Positions 19,801-29,355 of a DNA stretch of 64,000 nucleotides are shown here, piece by piece. Location: assembly GCA_000146465.1 (NCBI GenBank), contig CP001951.1; one strand, 5' to 3'. The position numbers were made by a program, and so were the translations under genes. Position 1 is the first letter of the stretch. Each line of letters begins with the position of its first letter. A model generated the notes under the pieces. The model was not told the origin of the DNA. It did not search any database and saw only the letters and a program-made list of their open reading frames with translations.

Positions 19801-21073
19801 CAAGTTCCAAACATTCTATAAAAAGATTATAGAGTTACGGGCCAAGCAGATTAACTTACTTGCCGATGAAAGACCAGAAAAGCTTTTCAGAAACTTCAAC
19901 AGCCTCATAAGTCATTCAATACTAACGTTCAGTAACAAAAAGAAATATCTGTCAAGAATGCTCTCTGTGGAAGGAGTGGATAAATCCTCGTCTTTCTACA
20001 GAGTTTATGTAGATAGGAACGATGTTCTGAGGAGTTCTTATTTTCAAGTGATGGCAAAAAGTCCTGAAGAATTCAGAACAAGAAGACTCGAGATAAAGCT
20101 AACTGGAGAAGAAGGCTTGGACTATGGAGGATTGACAAGAGAATGGCTGGTTCTTCTCTCAAAGGATTTTCTTGATCCTAACTTTGCTCTTTTTGAGTTT
20201 TCCACCGAGGACAAGACAGTAGCTGTTCCATGCAAGAACAGTTATGTTAATCCCGAGCACTTGTCTTACTTCAAGTTTGTCGGGCGTATCATGGCAAAGG
20301 TTATAATGGATGGAAACTTCATCAACTTGTATCTACCGAAGTTTATCTACAAGCATATCCTTGGGAAGAGTTGCGATCTACAGGACCTAGAATCTGCAGA
20401 CCCTGAATTCCACAAATCGCTTGTCTGGATAAGAGATAATTCTGTTGGGAAATCTCTAGGACTAACATTTTCGTTCGATGACGTGAGCTTTGGAGTTCAT
20501 AGAACTGTCGAATTAGTAAAAGGAGGAGCAAATATCTTTGTGGATGACTCGAACAAGGAAGAATATATAAAGTTGGCGACACAATACAGGCTATTTGATG
20601 GAGTCGAACTTCAATTATCTGCACTAAAGTCAGGACTGTTTGAAATACTTGGAAATAGAGCTCTTGAGATGTTTGACGAGAATGAACTTGAGCTTCTAAT
20701 CTGTGGAATTCCTGATATAGACATTGATGACTGGAAGAGTAATACCCTTTATTATGGATATACAGAGAGCTCAAAGACCGTTATTTGGTTTTGGAAAGCA
20801 GTTAAAAGCTTTGACTCTGTCAACAGGGCAAGACTTCTACAATTTGTGACTGGAACATCCACCTTGCCGTTTGAAGGGTTCTCGCATTTACAAGGAAACA
20901 ATGAGATCCAAAAGTTCTCGATCCATAAGATCTCTGACAGAACAGACAGCCTTCCCACTGCGCATACATGCTTTAACCAACTTGTACTTCCAGAGTATTC
21001 CTCCTATGAAAGCCTTCTGAAATATTTGATGTTGGCCATCAATGAATGCTCTACAGGATTTGGTTTTATCTAA
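13832..21073 (+). CDS. giant HECT-domain E3 ubiquitin ligase (TOM1/HUWE1-like architecture)
   Basis: 2413 aa. C-terminal HECT domain with a catalytic Cys (TAHTCFNQLVLPEYSSYESLLKYLMLAINECSTGFGFI). Long helical N-terminal region with acidic D/E stretches. Confidence 0.9.
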   Translation: MEERFEWRWMGSPLEEKLHEYIRSMVEEEDLDCLAKKITAYFDIWPFKEFSLRCWRILSDKLIDIISSLEKKYFSEGIQMFKMSEEDKSLLIGIFKLFQRIFGYSRQRHPLDVSTQVMKFIYAMDLDVVIEAHKMLVFCLNYSIGLDEFSDDHDILFKCLGINSELNGEKILSLSEKAFVSIPKDLEGEDVFWTLKKNVDEYGRGNLVFELRQRINNENRDGLNVLKVLGTCIFLILAKGEGAFDEIVEKIDFGEIWRFAGEELSENMEFAIMNLLDILIYDEFDFGRISRILELSNTKGFFYKRFVNGFDEWTFERHMVFLIYNTLVGSQKTKYLKMNVLMEVLPKFHECSPDVRYHFLRTVRMHCKETNSRGTAEFISRNGVGILTEYLRHAEKYDVNENVNLKYSLKILSEIYMDERNRGVVGNFEDSPFLDVIVATIQKLCLFDSRIVSVCIGILSSFMFEEPLNLPIFMERGVNVVLKTQLSVEHTLEYVSAFVSYIDAFSLNLSFQKEISHGEYLFKLLVLCREEEFLGSMSNTNKMVSLLNVLIMHHPIFKEDILKFYRFEIGYLKNLFSEESSSLLVEKEYCIEIFNNFFSLVEKMEVYPEEKDADGFFNNVFDLVTNPAYSCNMQNFFKGSFGEVYRTIYRESRTSLDKPFEQLISDTMKIIELSRMSEEQDTRDWKKAMKMEQWCGAEADELIFSYESQISLACILCEDFMELIDNGVKTRLFKAMADLYLMLIRFSGAFISISNFEEHRFLSTYRSIRLKLEESTTKESIRLHLLQSVYLCNLFLLQRMYLLEIKDSFDKTLELVERLVEVMALEGDDSITLGLRAIERLSKNFGKEHYEAISREWFIKSLLKPHSRSDRLIAVINFLSSQLSSKINSDPKLRSMLLEYLEEIDISVSSDLRKVELSNMVIEAIGRIFGDGGSLSDDEMEMIFRIYERFYISPLCSRLMIKRMIRLPRFTMRLVRIKAFPTFQYFLMKDEKVYEHACFIVNRFFEYSDEFIEMASNVLLFGTVGRCPHRIDIKEIGKKISGLVMSEVSSPKVLFFLIMYFRLLHRLGMPRHCGFDLGKLISRVKTCDEMTLMRILISYIITPDIDSILERSGIPSRRIRSKDREFLKSHDFLIYRDYDLFVEKCLKKSGLGPIDGICFKHGCNRTFSLKGEEISVSDKEIDCSKTFIRKLVLLLDTQEYFGMVIQLLCEMMFNHPSLLHDICRYQVLDIVYERCIRKMDVSSKHKVTGELHWGIMLFVIGLYSEVLLSKSSTGSEKKSETEQENTRKSLPSVSDFLLEKIKDGSNEDFLNVSFILVRSLTPLFILRHEDEEDTTMERFREISIFMGSVGIFEKIIKRIIAVDESDPKYITCIQCSLDYLGRVFRHCYGDILQDLDDYGDDESREIEYYSLVSEDHGFEESIFDSDESYFFDDPPFHEIEEERAMESDEAESSSQSENTVFIKSIENDHEMPTEMYLISSEYYNISAESRTEIEALMCRKLYVDLIDSSTSCYTWMVNNFQKSIVCELREPSVHCKEPERSLNEDDKDEGYVTDGEEKMIWNFEPTNDEDNLEDTNEALDTSNPPDREEIEEENEDVGSSESDVGSQNGEIPTLDPDNLNRMEEDELNEVLKAYFDERRSLSLTYIPLHTGFYERLSSRVRPMFEEMERVYRESFFYDIRTESTKESDEEIMETKENLLEMDLSTFEEFIKKSIVEKDFPFAKSWKLVDALSKDTKMKSVVFKVSNSMISSISSSQEGDLNNYDAVKFRRTLCFLLSIVKSSIRYYGYFRENPEIVRKVFILLGKVKLTNDLLRLVTDFSVIFRKDKDFVFGQDIDLENILGCFGRMVDSECFNLLEEFMENTADHFGPRFLDIILVEIKQQFSILSKDIGKEFPSDAFLESQKIFLRLWKMMTKVIGRSNLCSEERDIALLSLMLNPLWNVFFENQKNKESIEDLINVSDIYEAFFVVGKVFENRFGETENTGCAEMCNKFQTFYKKIIELRAKQINLLADERPEKLFRNFNSLISHSILTFSNKKKYLSRMLSVEGVDKSSSFYRVYVDRNDVLRSSYFQVMAKSPEEFRTRRLEIKLTGEEGLDYGGLTREWLVLLSKDFLDPNFALFEFSTEDKTVAVPCKNSYVNPEHLSYFKFVGRIMAKVIMDGNFINLYLPKFIYKHILGKSCDLQDLESADPEFHKSLVWIRDNSVGKSLGLTFSFDDVSFGVHRTVELVKGGANIFVDDSNKEEYIKLATQYRLFDGVELQLSALKSGLFEILGNRALEMFDENELELLICGIPDIDIDDWKSNTLYYGYTESSKTVIWFWKAVKSFDSVNRARLLQFVTGTSTLPFEGFSHLQGNNEIQKFSIHKISDRTDSLPTAHTCFNQLVLPEYSSYESLLKYLMLAINECSTGFGFI

Positions 21074-21094
21074 AGTAAAAATATTCGACATGGT

Positions 21095-22582
21095 TTATTT
21101 GGAGTCTTGATACAGCTTCGAGATACTTTCCTTCAGTTTCTCTGTATTTCCTGTGTATTTCTTATCTTTTAAGGCATCATTGACAAGATTTTGGATGTCG
21201 GCAGCTAGTTTTTCCCCAAGCTCTGTAGGAAGGCGATACCTGCTCTGATTTTCGATGTTTTTGTCAAGAAAGAAGGTGATGTCTTCTTCTGTTCTCTTGG
21301 ATATCTCCTTTTTCCACACATTTAAGATATCTTCGACGTTTATCTCGATCATCTTCTCTATGGGGATTCCCTCAAGACTTTTCAGGTAGTTCCGGAATAT
21401 ATAGATATTGTTTACAACGTATACAGACTTCGGAATCCCTCTTAGGGTTTCTGCCAGAAATAGGATTTTCTCCATGGTCTTGGTACTGAATTTTTCGAAA
21501 ATGTCCTGGACAGTTTCCAGTTCAAAATCCTTTCCATACTCAGATGCAAATACTTTTGAAACATCTTTGTTGTCGTAGAAGGCTTCTAGTGCTTTTTCCA
21601 TCTTCATACATAGCTCCTCAGTGTTACAGTACTTGTTTGGTTCCATTATCATGTCCAGGTCTTCAAAGTATTTTAGAATGCTATTACACATGATCTTGTG
21701 TATGCTGTCTTTAAACACAAAAAGTTCCTCTACTACTCGGATTCTCTTGTCCCCGGAATACTTGAGTTGGCTGTCCAGAATTATTAGAAGGCCGATGTTT
21801 GCAATGTCCTCTTCCTTCTCCATTTTCAGTAGATTGTCTGCAATTGCTCTTTTGAGCCCAATCACAAACATCTTCAGCAGTCCAATGTTTGTAATCTTGG
21901 AATTTTCCTTTCCAAGCACATTGTCATTCATTTCAATTACATCCAGCAGAAACTTATCCAGATGAGAAGTTCTCTCGATGAGAAGTTCAGTGTTCATTCC
22001 TATGTCATCAAACCCCAATGTAGAATAGACCGTGTCTGTATACTTGCTGATAAATCTTCTTTCGTTACCATTGGAAAGAAGAAAGGTTGCAAACACTCGG
22101 AACTCAGGCTTGTACTCAGGAACTCTTTTCAAAGAAACAAAGAAGGATTCTTCAATCCCGTCGATTGCTCTTTTGACAAAATCATCTAGAATATCAATCT
22201 CGGTGTCTACAATCTTAACACCCTTGTATTCCTTGAGTACCTCGCCCATGTCGATAAGCCTCCGTGTTGACTCTATTGCCTTCTTTTCTTGGAGCAGTTT
22301 CAAGTCCCTTGGAAGGAATCTTTTCTCGGATTCCCCAAAAACCTCGCCTAGCTTGGACTTTTCCTCCTCTATAATCTCCTTTGTCGACATAAATGAATCC
22401 AGAAATGTTAAGAGCCTACTAATGTTTTTCTTTGGGTTGATGTAAGGTCTAAATCCGTCCACAGCACTTAATTGGAGTCTTTCCATTAAAGAACTCAGTG
22501 TGTTTGCCTGAGACTCTATTTCTCTCGAAAGCTCAGCGCATTTCTTAAGCTTTGGCAGGATGCTTGGGATCTCCGGCATCAT
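21095..22582 (-). CDS. hypothetical helical protein (possibly tethering/exocyst-like)
   Basis: 495-aa uninterrupted ORF starting on a confirmed ATG. N-terminal coiled-coil followed by helical bundles; no diagnostic motif. Confidence 0.5.
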   Translation of the reverse strand: MMPEIPSILPKLKKCAELSREIESQANTLSSLMERLQLSAVDGFRPYINPKKNISRLLTFLDSFMSTKEIIEEEKSKLGEVFGESEKRFLPRDLKLLQEKKAIESTRRLIDMGEVLKEYKGVKIVDTEIDILDDFVKRAIDGIEESFFVSLKRVPEYKPEFRVFATFLLSNGNERRFISKYTDTVYSTLGFDDIGMNTELLIERTSHLDKFLLDVIEMNDNVLGKENSKITNIGLLKMFVIGLKRAIADNLLKMEKEEDIANIGLLIILDSQLKYSGDKRIRVVEELFVFKDSIHKIMCNSILKYFEDLDMIMEPNKYCNTEELCMKMEKALEAFYDNKDVSKVFASEYGKDFELETVQDIFEKFSTKTMEKILFLAETLRGIPKSVYVVNNIYIFRNYLKSLEGIPIEKMIEINVEDILNVWKKEISKRTEEDITFFLDKNIENQSRYRLPTELGEKLAADIQNLVNDALKDKKYTGNTEKLKESISKLYQDSK

Positions 22583-22702
22583 GGGGCTATTGGTCTAACA
22601 ATTCAGAAGTTTGACGTCCTTTAGAATGATTGGTGCTGGAGAGACAAGTGCCAATCACGGCATAGATTGCTTTATTATTACTTTGAGTTTCAATCCCCAA
22701 CA

Positions 22703-24388
22703 ATGGTTGACTTCGGTGCTTCCAAGAAGACATTGCTGACAGGATTCATATTGATGGCATATTCAGACATTCTGAATAATAGAACATATGACCTTGTTGG
22801 AGTAGATCAAGGATATACAACTTTCAAAGGTTACCACTACAATGCGGAAAAAGACATGTATGACGAAGTGTTCAGCCACAAACACAAGGAAAAGATCCAT
22901 CTAGTTATCCCTGCGGACTTTACTGGAACCGGAAATGTAAGCTACATTCTTGTCTCGAAGAAAGGCCCGGAAAAGTTTAATATTTACATTTACTTCCGAG
23001 ACTATGACGAATCCCGGTATCTCGGAGAATCTATTACAGTTCCGCTGCTTTACGCTTGCCCAGATGACTTACGCCCACAACTACTTGTACAGTATAGCGA
23101 CGGACTTAAGAAAATTAGAATTGACGAGAGCGGAAATATGATCAAAGAACCTGCCGACGAGTATGGAAAGCTTCATAAGGAACATACATCTGCATTTGTT
23201 GAGGTTGATGGGAGTATGAAAGCCTGTCTTTGCCTTGTTCTAGATGATGGCCATGGAGGAAGACTTCTGAGGATTCTGAGCAACAGAAATGGAGAGTTTA
23301 TAAATTACTTTGAGATGAAACTACCTGATGAGATCGGCCCTATAGTTTTTGGAGACTTCAATGGAAATGGGATGAATGACATGGCATTTGTTCAGAAGAA
23401 TGGAGAAAAATATCTCCTAAAGATTTACTTTAATACAACCTCTAGAGTTGGTGATGGAGACAAGAGACTTCTTGGAGGATTTCTCCCTCACCAGATTGAT
23501 AGCACCATATTTTCGGAAGGAAACATGAAAGTCATAGACCTAAGCGAAGAATTTCCAAACTGCACACCAGTAATAAGGTCTGAAGATCACTTCGAAGGCC
23601 TTCCCTACGGGATATTTAATGCAGATCTCAGGGCAAAGGGAAGGCAGGACTTCTTCATTATAATGAAAGACATAGACAGCAGCATCCGGATTGGAGTCCT
23701 CGAAAACAACTCGAATCCAGATGACATTCGGTTGGGAAAGGCAGAGTATAACGAAGATATCTTTGGCCTCAAAAACATCATCTCGATAAGTTGTTGCGAC
23801 TATAACAACAAGGGACGAGAGGCAGTGTTCTTAAATAGAGTTGTGGACAATAATGCTGTTGTGGAGGCATACAAAAATGATCTTTCAAAGGAAAACCTTA
23901 AACTCAGTCTATCAACCATTCATCCTGGACTACAGAAGTATGGATCTGTTGTCCCAGGGGTGTCGTATCTGGTATCCTATGGAGATGGAGAAAGAATTAT
24001 CATTTCGAATCAAACACCATACAGTACGTTTGTACATCTAAAGCACCAGGTGGCGTACATTGGACTGGGTACAATGAACCTTATAGTCGACAGTCTGATG
24101 ATAGGAACACCTGGAAAGAACGGGAGTCCATATGCAGGCCCATATGTGATAGATTCGATAGCCATTCCAAACACGGACCTAGTTGTATATTTGGAAGAAA
24201 ACGAGAAATACACTGTAGAGGCACATTTCATTGTTGGAGATCATTTCAAAACTATTATCGGGACATTGCTTATAGTTGCAGGAGTGAATCTTGCCTTTAT
24301 ACTCTTACTCCAATACAGAGACAGAAGAAGAATTATAAAAGCAAAGAATATGGACAAACTTCATCCACTTTTCTCTACGTTGCAATAG
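22703..24388 (+). CDS. FG-GAP repeat type I membrane protein (ITFG1/TIP-like)
   Basis: Signal-peptide-like N-terminus (KKTLLTGFILMAYS); Ca-binding FG-GAP loops ADFTGTGN, GDFNGNGMNDMAF, CCDYNNKGREAVF; single C-terminal TM (IIGTLLIVAGVNLAFILLL) followed by basic residues. Track start 22667 is ATT; first ATG is 22703. Confidence 0.5.
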   Translation: MVDFGASKKTLLTGFILMAYSDILNNRTYDLVGVDQGYTTFKGYHYNAEKDMYDEVFSHKHKEKIHLVIPADFTGTGNVSYILVSKKGPEKFNIYIYFRDYDESRYLGESITVPLLYACPDDLRPQLLVQYSDGLKKIRIDESGNMIKEPADEYGKLHKEHTSAFVEVDGSMKACLCLVLDDGHGGRLLRILSNRNGEFINYFEMKLPDEIGPIVFGDFNGNGMNDMAFVQKNGEKYLLKIYFNTTSRVGDGDKRLLGGFLPHQIDSTIFSEGNMKVIDLSEEFPNCTPVIRSEDHFEGLPYGIFNADLRAKGRQDFFIIMKDIDSSIRIGVLENNSNPDDIRLGKAEYNEDIFGLKNIISISCCDYNNKGREAVFLNRVVDNNAVVEAYKNDLSKENLKLSLSTIHPGLQKYGSVVPGVSYLVSYGDGERIIISNQTPYSTFVHLKHQVAYIGLGTMNLIVDSLMIGTPGKNGSPYAGPYVIDSIAIPNTDLVVYLEENEKYTVEAHFIVGDHFKTIIGTLLIVAGVNLAFILLLQYRDRRRIIKAKNMDKLHPLFSTLQ

Positions 24389-24458
24389 TGAATATATTAA
24401 AATCCAAAACCTTTATGTATTTTTAATGAAATATAAATATCTTTTCGAAATTTGGCTG

Positions 24459-26012
24459 TTATTCAGTCTCCATCTCCGTTAATGTTTTTCTATTCAGCCC
24501 TAGAGACTGCTTTTTGTTCAAGTAGAAAAGAAGCCCAACTAGAGAAAAGGCCAGCATTCCCACACTTAATATGTAAATCTCGACGTTGTCATAGGAGTAG
24601 TCCCCGGAGGCAAGGAATGCAACGGCAATTGGAGAAAATGTAAATGCCAGGTTCAGGATGCAATATATGGTGGCAAAGCCTGTTCCCAAGGACTCCTCTG
24701 ATACCAAAGATGGAATGCACGGCCAGTAGCATGCTATTAGCGGTCCAGAAAATCCTAAAAATGTAGCAGATGCATATGGAGATAGGAAGTTAAAGAATAT
24801 CCCTAGGTGCCCTAAGAGAAAAAGAATGCATCCAGCGCCAATCAGCCATAGCTTAAGTCCATATGCGTCTGTAATTGCACTTGTAAATGTAACCAATACT
24901 AGGGATATCCCTTCGATGATTGCCAGAACGTTTCCAGATGAGACAGGAGATAAACCGTATCTCTTTTGAAATAGCATTGGTGCTATTGTGTAGAATGGTG
25001 CCCATACCAAAGCAAACAAAAAGGACATCCCGACGAGTACATAGAAGGCTGAGTGATGAGTATTCTTTCCTTCAAGCCTCGGCTCGTAAAACAATATGCC
25101 TGACTCTTCAAAGAGTACTTTGGGCTTTCCCTTTTCAAGTCTACTTTTTATAGATGTGGTCTCTTTTCCATCTGCCTTCCAAGGAGAGAAGGGATTTTCA
25201 AAGAGAATTGGATCTGTTTGAAGAAGTTCCTTGGGCTTTGATTCTTTGTAATCATAGAAAAACGGGTTTTCCGGAATGCTTAGAGAGTTGGAAGCATCTC
25301 TGGGCGTGGGGTCGCTTGCTTTTAGAAGGAATCCCGAGTCCGACTCTTCAAGAAACCCTTCTCCAGGGTACATCTTTTCTTCTTGAACCTCATCCCCAAA
25401 TCCATTCTTTTGAAGTTCTATAAGCTTCTGCTTGAGTACCTTGTGAGATCTTTCCGAGTTATTTATTCTAAGACAGACCCAAAGTCCCAGAAGAGTCAGG
25501 AATATCCCAACCACACATGGAAACATCTTTCCAATATAATCTGCCAGGAAGGGAGTGACAAGGAAGTTTGCAACCGTGCCCATCCTGGCAATGCATGAAA
25601 AGATCCCCATTGCGAATCCTAACTCCTTCCCCTTGAATTCATAAGATATTAGTTTGTTCTGAATGACTGCAAAGCTCTCTCCTCCAATTCCAAAGAAAAA
25701 CCTCCCAATAAGCATGATCTTGAAGCTGTGGTTCCAAACTCCTATTGTGAAGATTAGATGTCCGAGAAAGACAAAAGCACATAGAAGCTTAGCCATGGTA
25801 GACTTCCTTACGTGGGTGATCCATCCAAAGAATACAGGGACAATTATGTTTGGTAGAGAGTACACCGAATAGAGTAAAGTTATTTTGTACTCTATGCCTG
25901 ATTCAGAGCCGAAGTCCATGTGATGGCTCAATGCAGACGGGATGTCATATACAAAATAAAATGAAAACAGTATTAATCCCGACAACAGAAGGATTCTATG
26001 TCTTTCTTTCAT
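24459..26012 (-). CDS. major facilitator superfamily transporter
   Basis: About 12 predicted TM helices in a 6+6 arrangement with a long central hydrophilic loop. Confidence 0.6.
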   Translation of the reverse strand: MKERHRILLLSGLILFSFYFVYDIPSALSHHMDFGSESGIEYKITLLYSVYSLPNIIVPVFFGWITHVRKSTMAKLLCAFVFLGHLIFTIGVWNHSFKIMLIGRFFFGIGGESFAVIQNKLISYEFKGKELGFAMGIFSCIARMGTVANFLVTPFLADYIGKMFPCVVGIFLTLLGLWVCLRINNSERSHKVLKQKLIELQKNGFGDEVQEEKMYPGEGFLEESDSGFLLKASDPTPRDASNSLSIPENPFFYDYKESKPKELLQTDPILFENPFSPWKADGKETTSIKSRLEKGKPKVLFEESGILFYEPRLEGKNTHHSAFYVLVGMSFLFALVWAPFYTIAPMLFQKRYGLSPVSSGNVLAIIEGISLVLVTFTSAITDAYGLKLWLIGAGCILFLLGHLGIFFNFLSPYASATFLGFSGPLIACYWPCIPSLVSEESLGTGFATIYCILNLAFTFSPIAVAFLASGDYSYDNVEIYILSVGMLAFSLVGLLFYLNKKQSLGLNRKTLTEMETE

Positions 26013-26136
26013 TGTTGTTAATGAATAGCTATACCTTTTATTTCAGATTCTGTTTCAAAACTATCCAATCAAGTATAAGTGTATGGAAGGTTCTGGATGG
26101 CTGATGGGATCGCAAAACTTAACAGAACAGCTTTAA

Positions 26137-27342
26137 TCATGTAAAGTATAGAAGCTTCGACTTTTTTCTACTGAGAACCTCCTGTATTCCATCCATGAAG
26201 TCATTTTGGGAGATTTCGGTCTTTTCCCTTCTAAGAGCTGCCATTCCTGCCTCCACACAGACTGCTTTGCATTGTGCCCCGTTAAATCCCTCGGTACTTC
26301 TTGCAAGCTCATCAAAGTTGACATCGTCTCTGACACTCATATTTCTTGCATGGATCTGGAGAATCCTTTTTCTTCCTAGTGCATTTGGAAGGGGAAATTC
26401 AATCTTTCTATCAAGTCTTCCGCTTCTTAACAATGCCGGATCTAAGATATCCACCCTATTGGTTGCAGCAATGATCTTTACCTCCTCGGTGGAGGAAAAA
26501 CCGTCAAGCTGGTTGAGAAGCTCCAACATGGTTCTCTGAACCTCTCTGTCTCCAGTCTGATCAGAGTCAGATCTCTTGGCTCCTATCGCGTCAATTTCAT
26601 CTATGAAGATAATTGTTGGCTTTTTCTCCTTTGCAAGAGCAAATGCATCCCTGACAAGCCTTGCTCCATCTCCAATATACATTTGTACAAGCTGAGGGCC
26701 TGCGAGCTTCAAAAATGTTGCATTCGTTTTGCTTGCGCATGCTCGTGCCATCAGTGTTTTCCCCGTACCAGGAGGACCGTACATCAAGACCCCCTTAGGA
26801 GGCTTTATGTTCAGCTTTTCAAATCTTTCTGGATGTGTGAGGGAAAGAACTATTGCCTCATTTAGCTCCTCTATCTGTCTTTCTAGCCCTCCAATGTCCT
26901 CGTAGGTTTCGTCGGGCTTTGCATCAGACTTCAAAACCATTCCCCCGACCTTCATGTCATAGTCGGGTGGAAGCTTCTCAAATACTATGTTTGTGTCCTT
27001 ATGTAAAGCTACAAGATCTCCAGGGCGAAGTTCGGAATTGGGAATAAGTCCTGTAATAGGAAGATATGAAGACATCCTTGTAGATGCATTGACAACAGCA
27101 CTTTGATTATCAAGAACCTCCACAACGTTCCCAACAAGGTATGGAAGCTGCTTGTTGAGTCTTATTCTTTCCATGTTTTCTGCAATCGACGCATTCTTTG
27201 TCGAAATATCATGCTTAATAGTATTCACCCGGCTCTGAAGAATCCTAGTCTCCGAATTCAGCATCCGGATCTTCTCCCGCACCTTTTCAAGAAACTCTTC
27301 GGGATTACTTTGATCCATCATTTCAAGCTCCTCCAGAGACAT
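26137..27342 (-). CDS. 26S proteasome regulatory ATPase subunit Rpt5 (PSMC3-type)
   Basis: [18 protein letters not shown] Walker A, DEIDAIG Walker B; AAA domain and C-terminus very close to Rpt5; N-terminal coiled coil. Confidence 0.9.
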   Translation of the reverse strand: MSLEELEMMDQSNPEEFLEKVREKIRMLNSETRILQSRVNTIKHDISTKNASIAENMERIRLNKQLPYLVGNVVEVLDNQSAVVNASTRMSSYLPITGLIPNSELRPGDLVALHKDTNIVFEKLPPDYDMKVGGMVLKSDAKPDETYEDIGGLERQIEELNEAIVLSLTHPERFEKLNIKPPKGVLMYGPPGTGKTLMARACASKTNATFLKLAGPQLVQMYIGDGARLVRDAFALAKEKKPTIIFIDEIDAIGAKRSDSDQTGDREVQRTMLELLNQLDGFSSTEEVKIIAATNRVDILDPALLRSGRLDRKIEFPLPNALGRKRILQIHARNMSVRDDVNFDELARSTEGFNGAQCKAVCVEAGMAALRREKTEISQNDFMDGIQEVLSRKKSKLLYFT

Positions 27343-27413
27343 CTTAGGGCCTCAGCCTCCAATTTTTTATCTTTCAAAACAATATCAAAAACAAGGCTTT
27401 TCTCCAAAACAAT

Positions 27414-28622
27414 TCAATTGATTTCTTTTTTTTTCGGAAGTTTGTCAACCACATGCTTGTAAAACTCAAGTCTTCTATTGAAATGGTTCAGGAGTTTTTG
27501 TGCACATTTATAATATTGTGTGTCTTTACCATTGTATGTAAAGCAATTATTCACCATTAAGTTCACGTCTTCAACAAACGCTTCAATGAATTTGTATTCA
27601 TTGTTTTTTAACTTAGATGACATCGTAGACAGATCCATAGGTTTGGATATACATTTGTAGTAGTTAGGGACTTCCTTAGGATCCACAGGCTTCAAAAATG
27701 GCCAGGCATATGCATTGATGCAAAGATCAGATATAAGATACGAAATAAACCTGTCCTGGCACCTCTGATCATTGGTCTCCTCTGCAGAATACCTTGCATT
27801 CAAGACTCCTGGAATATCGTTGACGTCTTTAATTTCCGAGTAGTCATCTATCTTCCGAATAATATGATATTCATTGACCTTCTTCATCTCTTCAAACAAC
27901 TTTCTTTTCCTATCTTGAATAATCTCCTGCTTTTTCAAATAGTTAATTTCCCAGAGTACACAGCACTCTACTATTGTGCCCCCTTCATAGTCCTTAATAA
28001 ACCCAATCCATCCTCCAAATCTTATCTCTGTTGTAAATCCTTGTTTCTTGAAGTACCCTATTGCAAAGTTGTCTGCATATGTTACCAAGTAGAGGGATGG
28101 GGCATTGCTTTCAGGAGTTCTGCATAGAAGCGGGGTGAGATCTTCTATAACCCTATTCTTCTGTTTAGGGCTCCCTGAAAGGCCATTTGATGGTTTCTCA
28201 AAATAGCTTCTTATCTCTTCCTTAATGACCTCCTTAAAGAGATCCATCATAAATCCTCCAATTCCTTTTACTTGGAAATCATAGTCTACAGCTAAGAACA
28301 CAATTTCTACAAAGTTTCTCTCAAAAAACGGTCTGTAACATATTCCGCCAACCACTTCTCCTACGGAGTTCAGCAGTACCAGGTTGGCATGCTTTGTGTC
28401 GAATACTTGTCTGAGAATGTATTCCCCAGGCATCTTGGAGAGCTGATTCTGGAAAAGATACTTGGTTCTCAGAAGAAGTATCTTGTCTACACATGGATCC
28501 GACGACGACACAACAACAGCCTTCAGCTCCCCATTCTTGAACTTCGCATACAACATTTCTTTTTCATTTCTCCATGTTTGGTTTCTTTCCAATCCAAAAA
28601 GATTCGTTTCAACACTATCCAT
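27414..28622 (-). CDS. histone acetyltransferase GCN5 with C-terminal bromodomain
   Basis: GNAT motif A (FLAVDYDFQVKGIGGFMMD) and bromodomain (PVDPKEVPNYYKCISKPMDLSTM). Track start 28739 is TTG and overlaps the PAP2 gene by 83 bp; first ATG at 28622 removes the overlap. Confidence 0.85.
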   Translation of the reverse strand: MDSVETNLFGLERNQTWRNEKEMLYAKFKNGELKAVVVSSSDPCVDKILLLRTKYLFQNQLSKMPGEYILRQVFDTKHANLVLLNSVGEVVGGICYRPFFERNFVEIVFLAVDYDFQVKGIGGFMMDLFKEVIKEEIRSYFEKPSNGLSGSPKQKNRVIEDLTPLLCRTPESNAPSLYLVTYADNFAIGYFKKQGFTTEIRFGGWIGFIKDYEGGTIVECCVLWEINYLKKQEIIQDRKRKLFEEMKKVNEYHIIRKIDDYSEIKDVNDIPGVLNARYSAEETNDQRCQDRFISYLISDLCINAYAWPFLKPVDPKEVPNYYKCISKPMDLSTMSSKLKNNEYKFIEAFVEDVNLMVNNCFTYNGKDTQYYKCAQKLLNHFNRRLEFYKHVVDKLPKKKEIN

Positions 28623-28656
28623 CCTTTCTGCCCTAGTTAATCTCCGGTTTATATCC

Positions 28657-29355
28657 TTACCCTTCGTTCCTCTTGTATCTTTCCGCCACAATTGTTGTTT
28701 CAAGGTGCTTGAGCCTTGCAATTCCTGCAAGAGCTCCAATAATTCCCCCTCCTACCACGTCAGAGGCAAAGTGCTTGTTATCTATCACACGGCTTGCTCC
28801 CACAGCAATAGGAACCATTAAAAATAGAGAGTAAAGCATAAAAACAATCCCCCGGTTCACCTTTGCTCTAAGTTCGGGAAGACTAAGCTCCTTGTATATG
28901 AAGAAAGCTAGAAACATAAACCCACATGCAGCAATCGAGGTGTGTCCAGACGGGAAACTCTTTCTTCCCTCCATCACAATAGAGGGATCTCCAGTACACT
29001 TTCCTCCAACAGGAATGCATCTGTCCAAAAAATCAGGTCTGAGTCTTCCAACAACATTCTTCATGTTCTCAACAATGGCGGATGTGAAGAGACAAGCCAC
29101 TAGAAATGACATATAAAAGTATATCTCATCAACTCTCTTTACTATGTTGATCCGAAAAGTTCCAAACATAATTCCAAGAGGTGCAAGAATAGATATGGCT
29201 GCAATCTCTACAAATGTTATTGTATCGTGGTATAAATACGACTTAGATATTGACCTGTCGTTTACATTAAAGGGCCGTTCATATGGCTCTACTGTACTTG
29301 AGAGAAATAAGAGGCCTATGGACACAATCGTGATGGCAAGCATTTCTCTTGTCAT
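28657..29355 (-). CDS. PAP2-family phosphatase (dolichyldiphosphatase / lipid phosphate phosphatase-like)
   Basis: All three PAP2 motifs present: KNVVGRLRPDF, SFPSGHTS, SRVIDNKHFASDV. Multi-TM; 232 aa. Confidence 0.75.
   Translation of the reverse strand: MTREMLAITIVSIGLLFLSSTVEPYERPFNVNDRSISKSYLYHDTITFVEIAAISILAPLGIMFGTFRINIVKRVDEIYFYMSFLVACLFTSAIVENMKNVVGRLRPDFLDRCIPVGGKCTGDPSIVMEGRKSFPSGHTSIAACGFMFLAFFIYKELSLPELRAKVNRGIVFMLYSLFLMVPIAVGASRVIDNKHFASDVVGGGIIGALAGIARLKHLETTIVAERYKRNEG

Noticed and set aside
5991-20774. Numerous 60-140 aa ORFs on either strand inside large genes (ISWI, HECT, UPF1 and others; for example 6631..6915, 15955..16359, 20343..20774)
   Set aside because: Fully embedded in strongly supported long CDSs with low-complexity translations; statistical antisense or alternate-frame ORFs.
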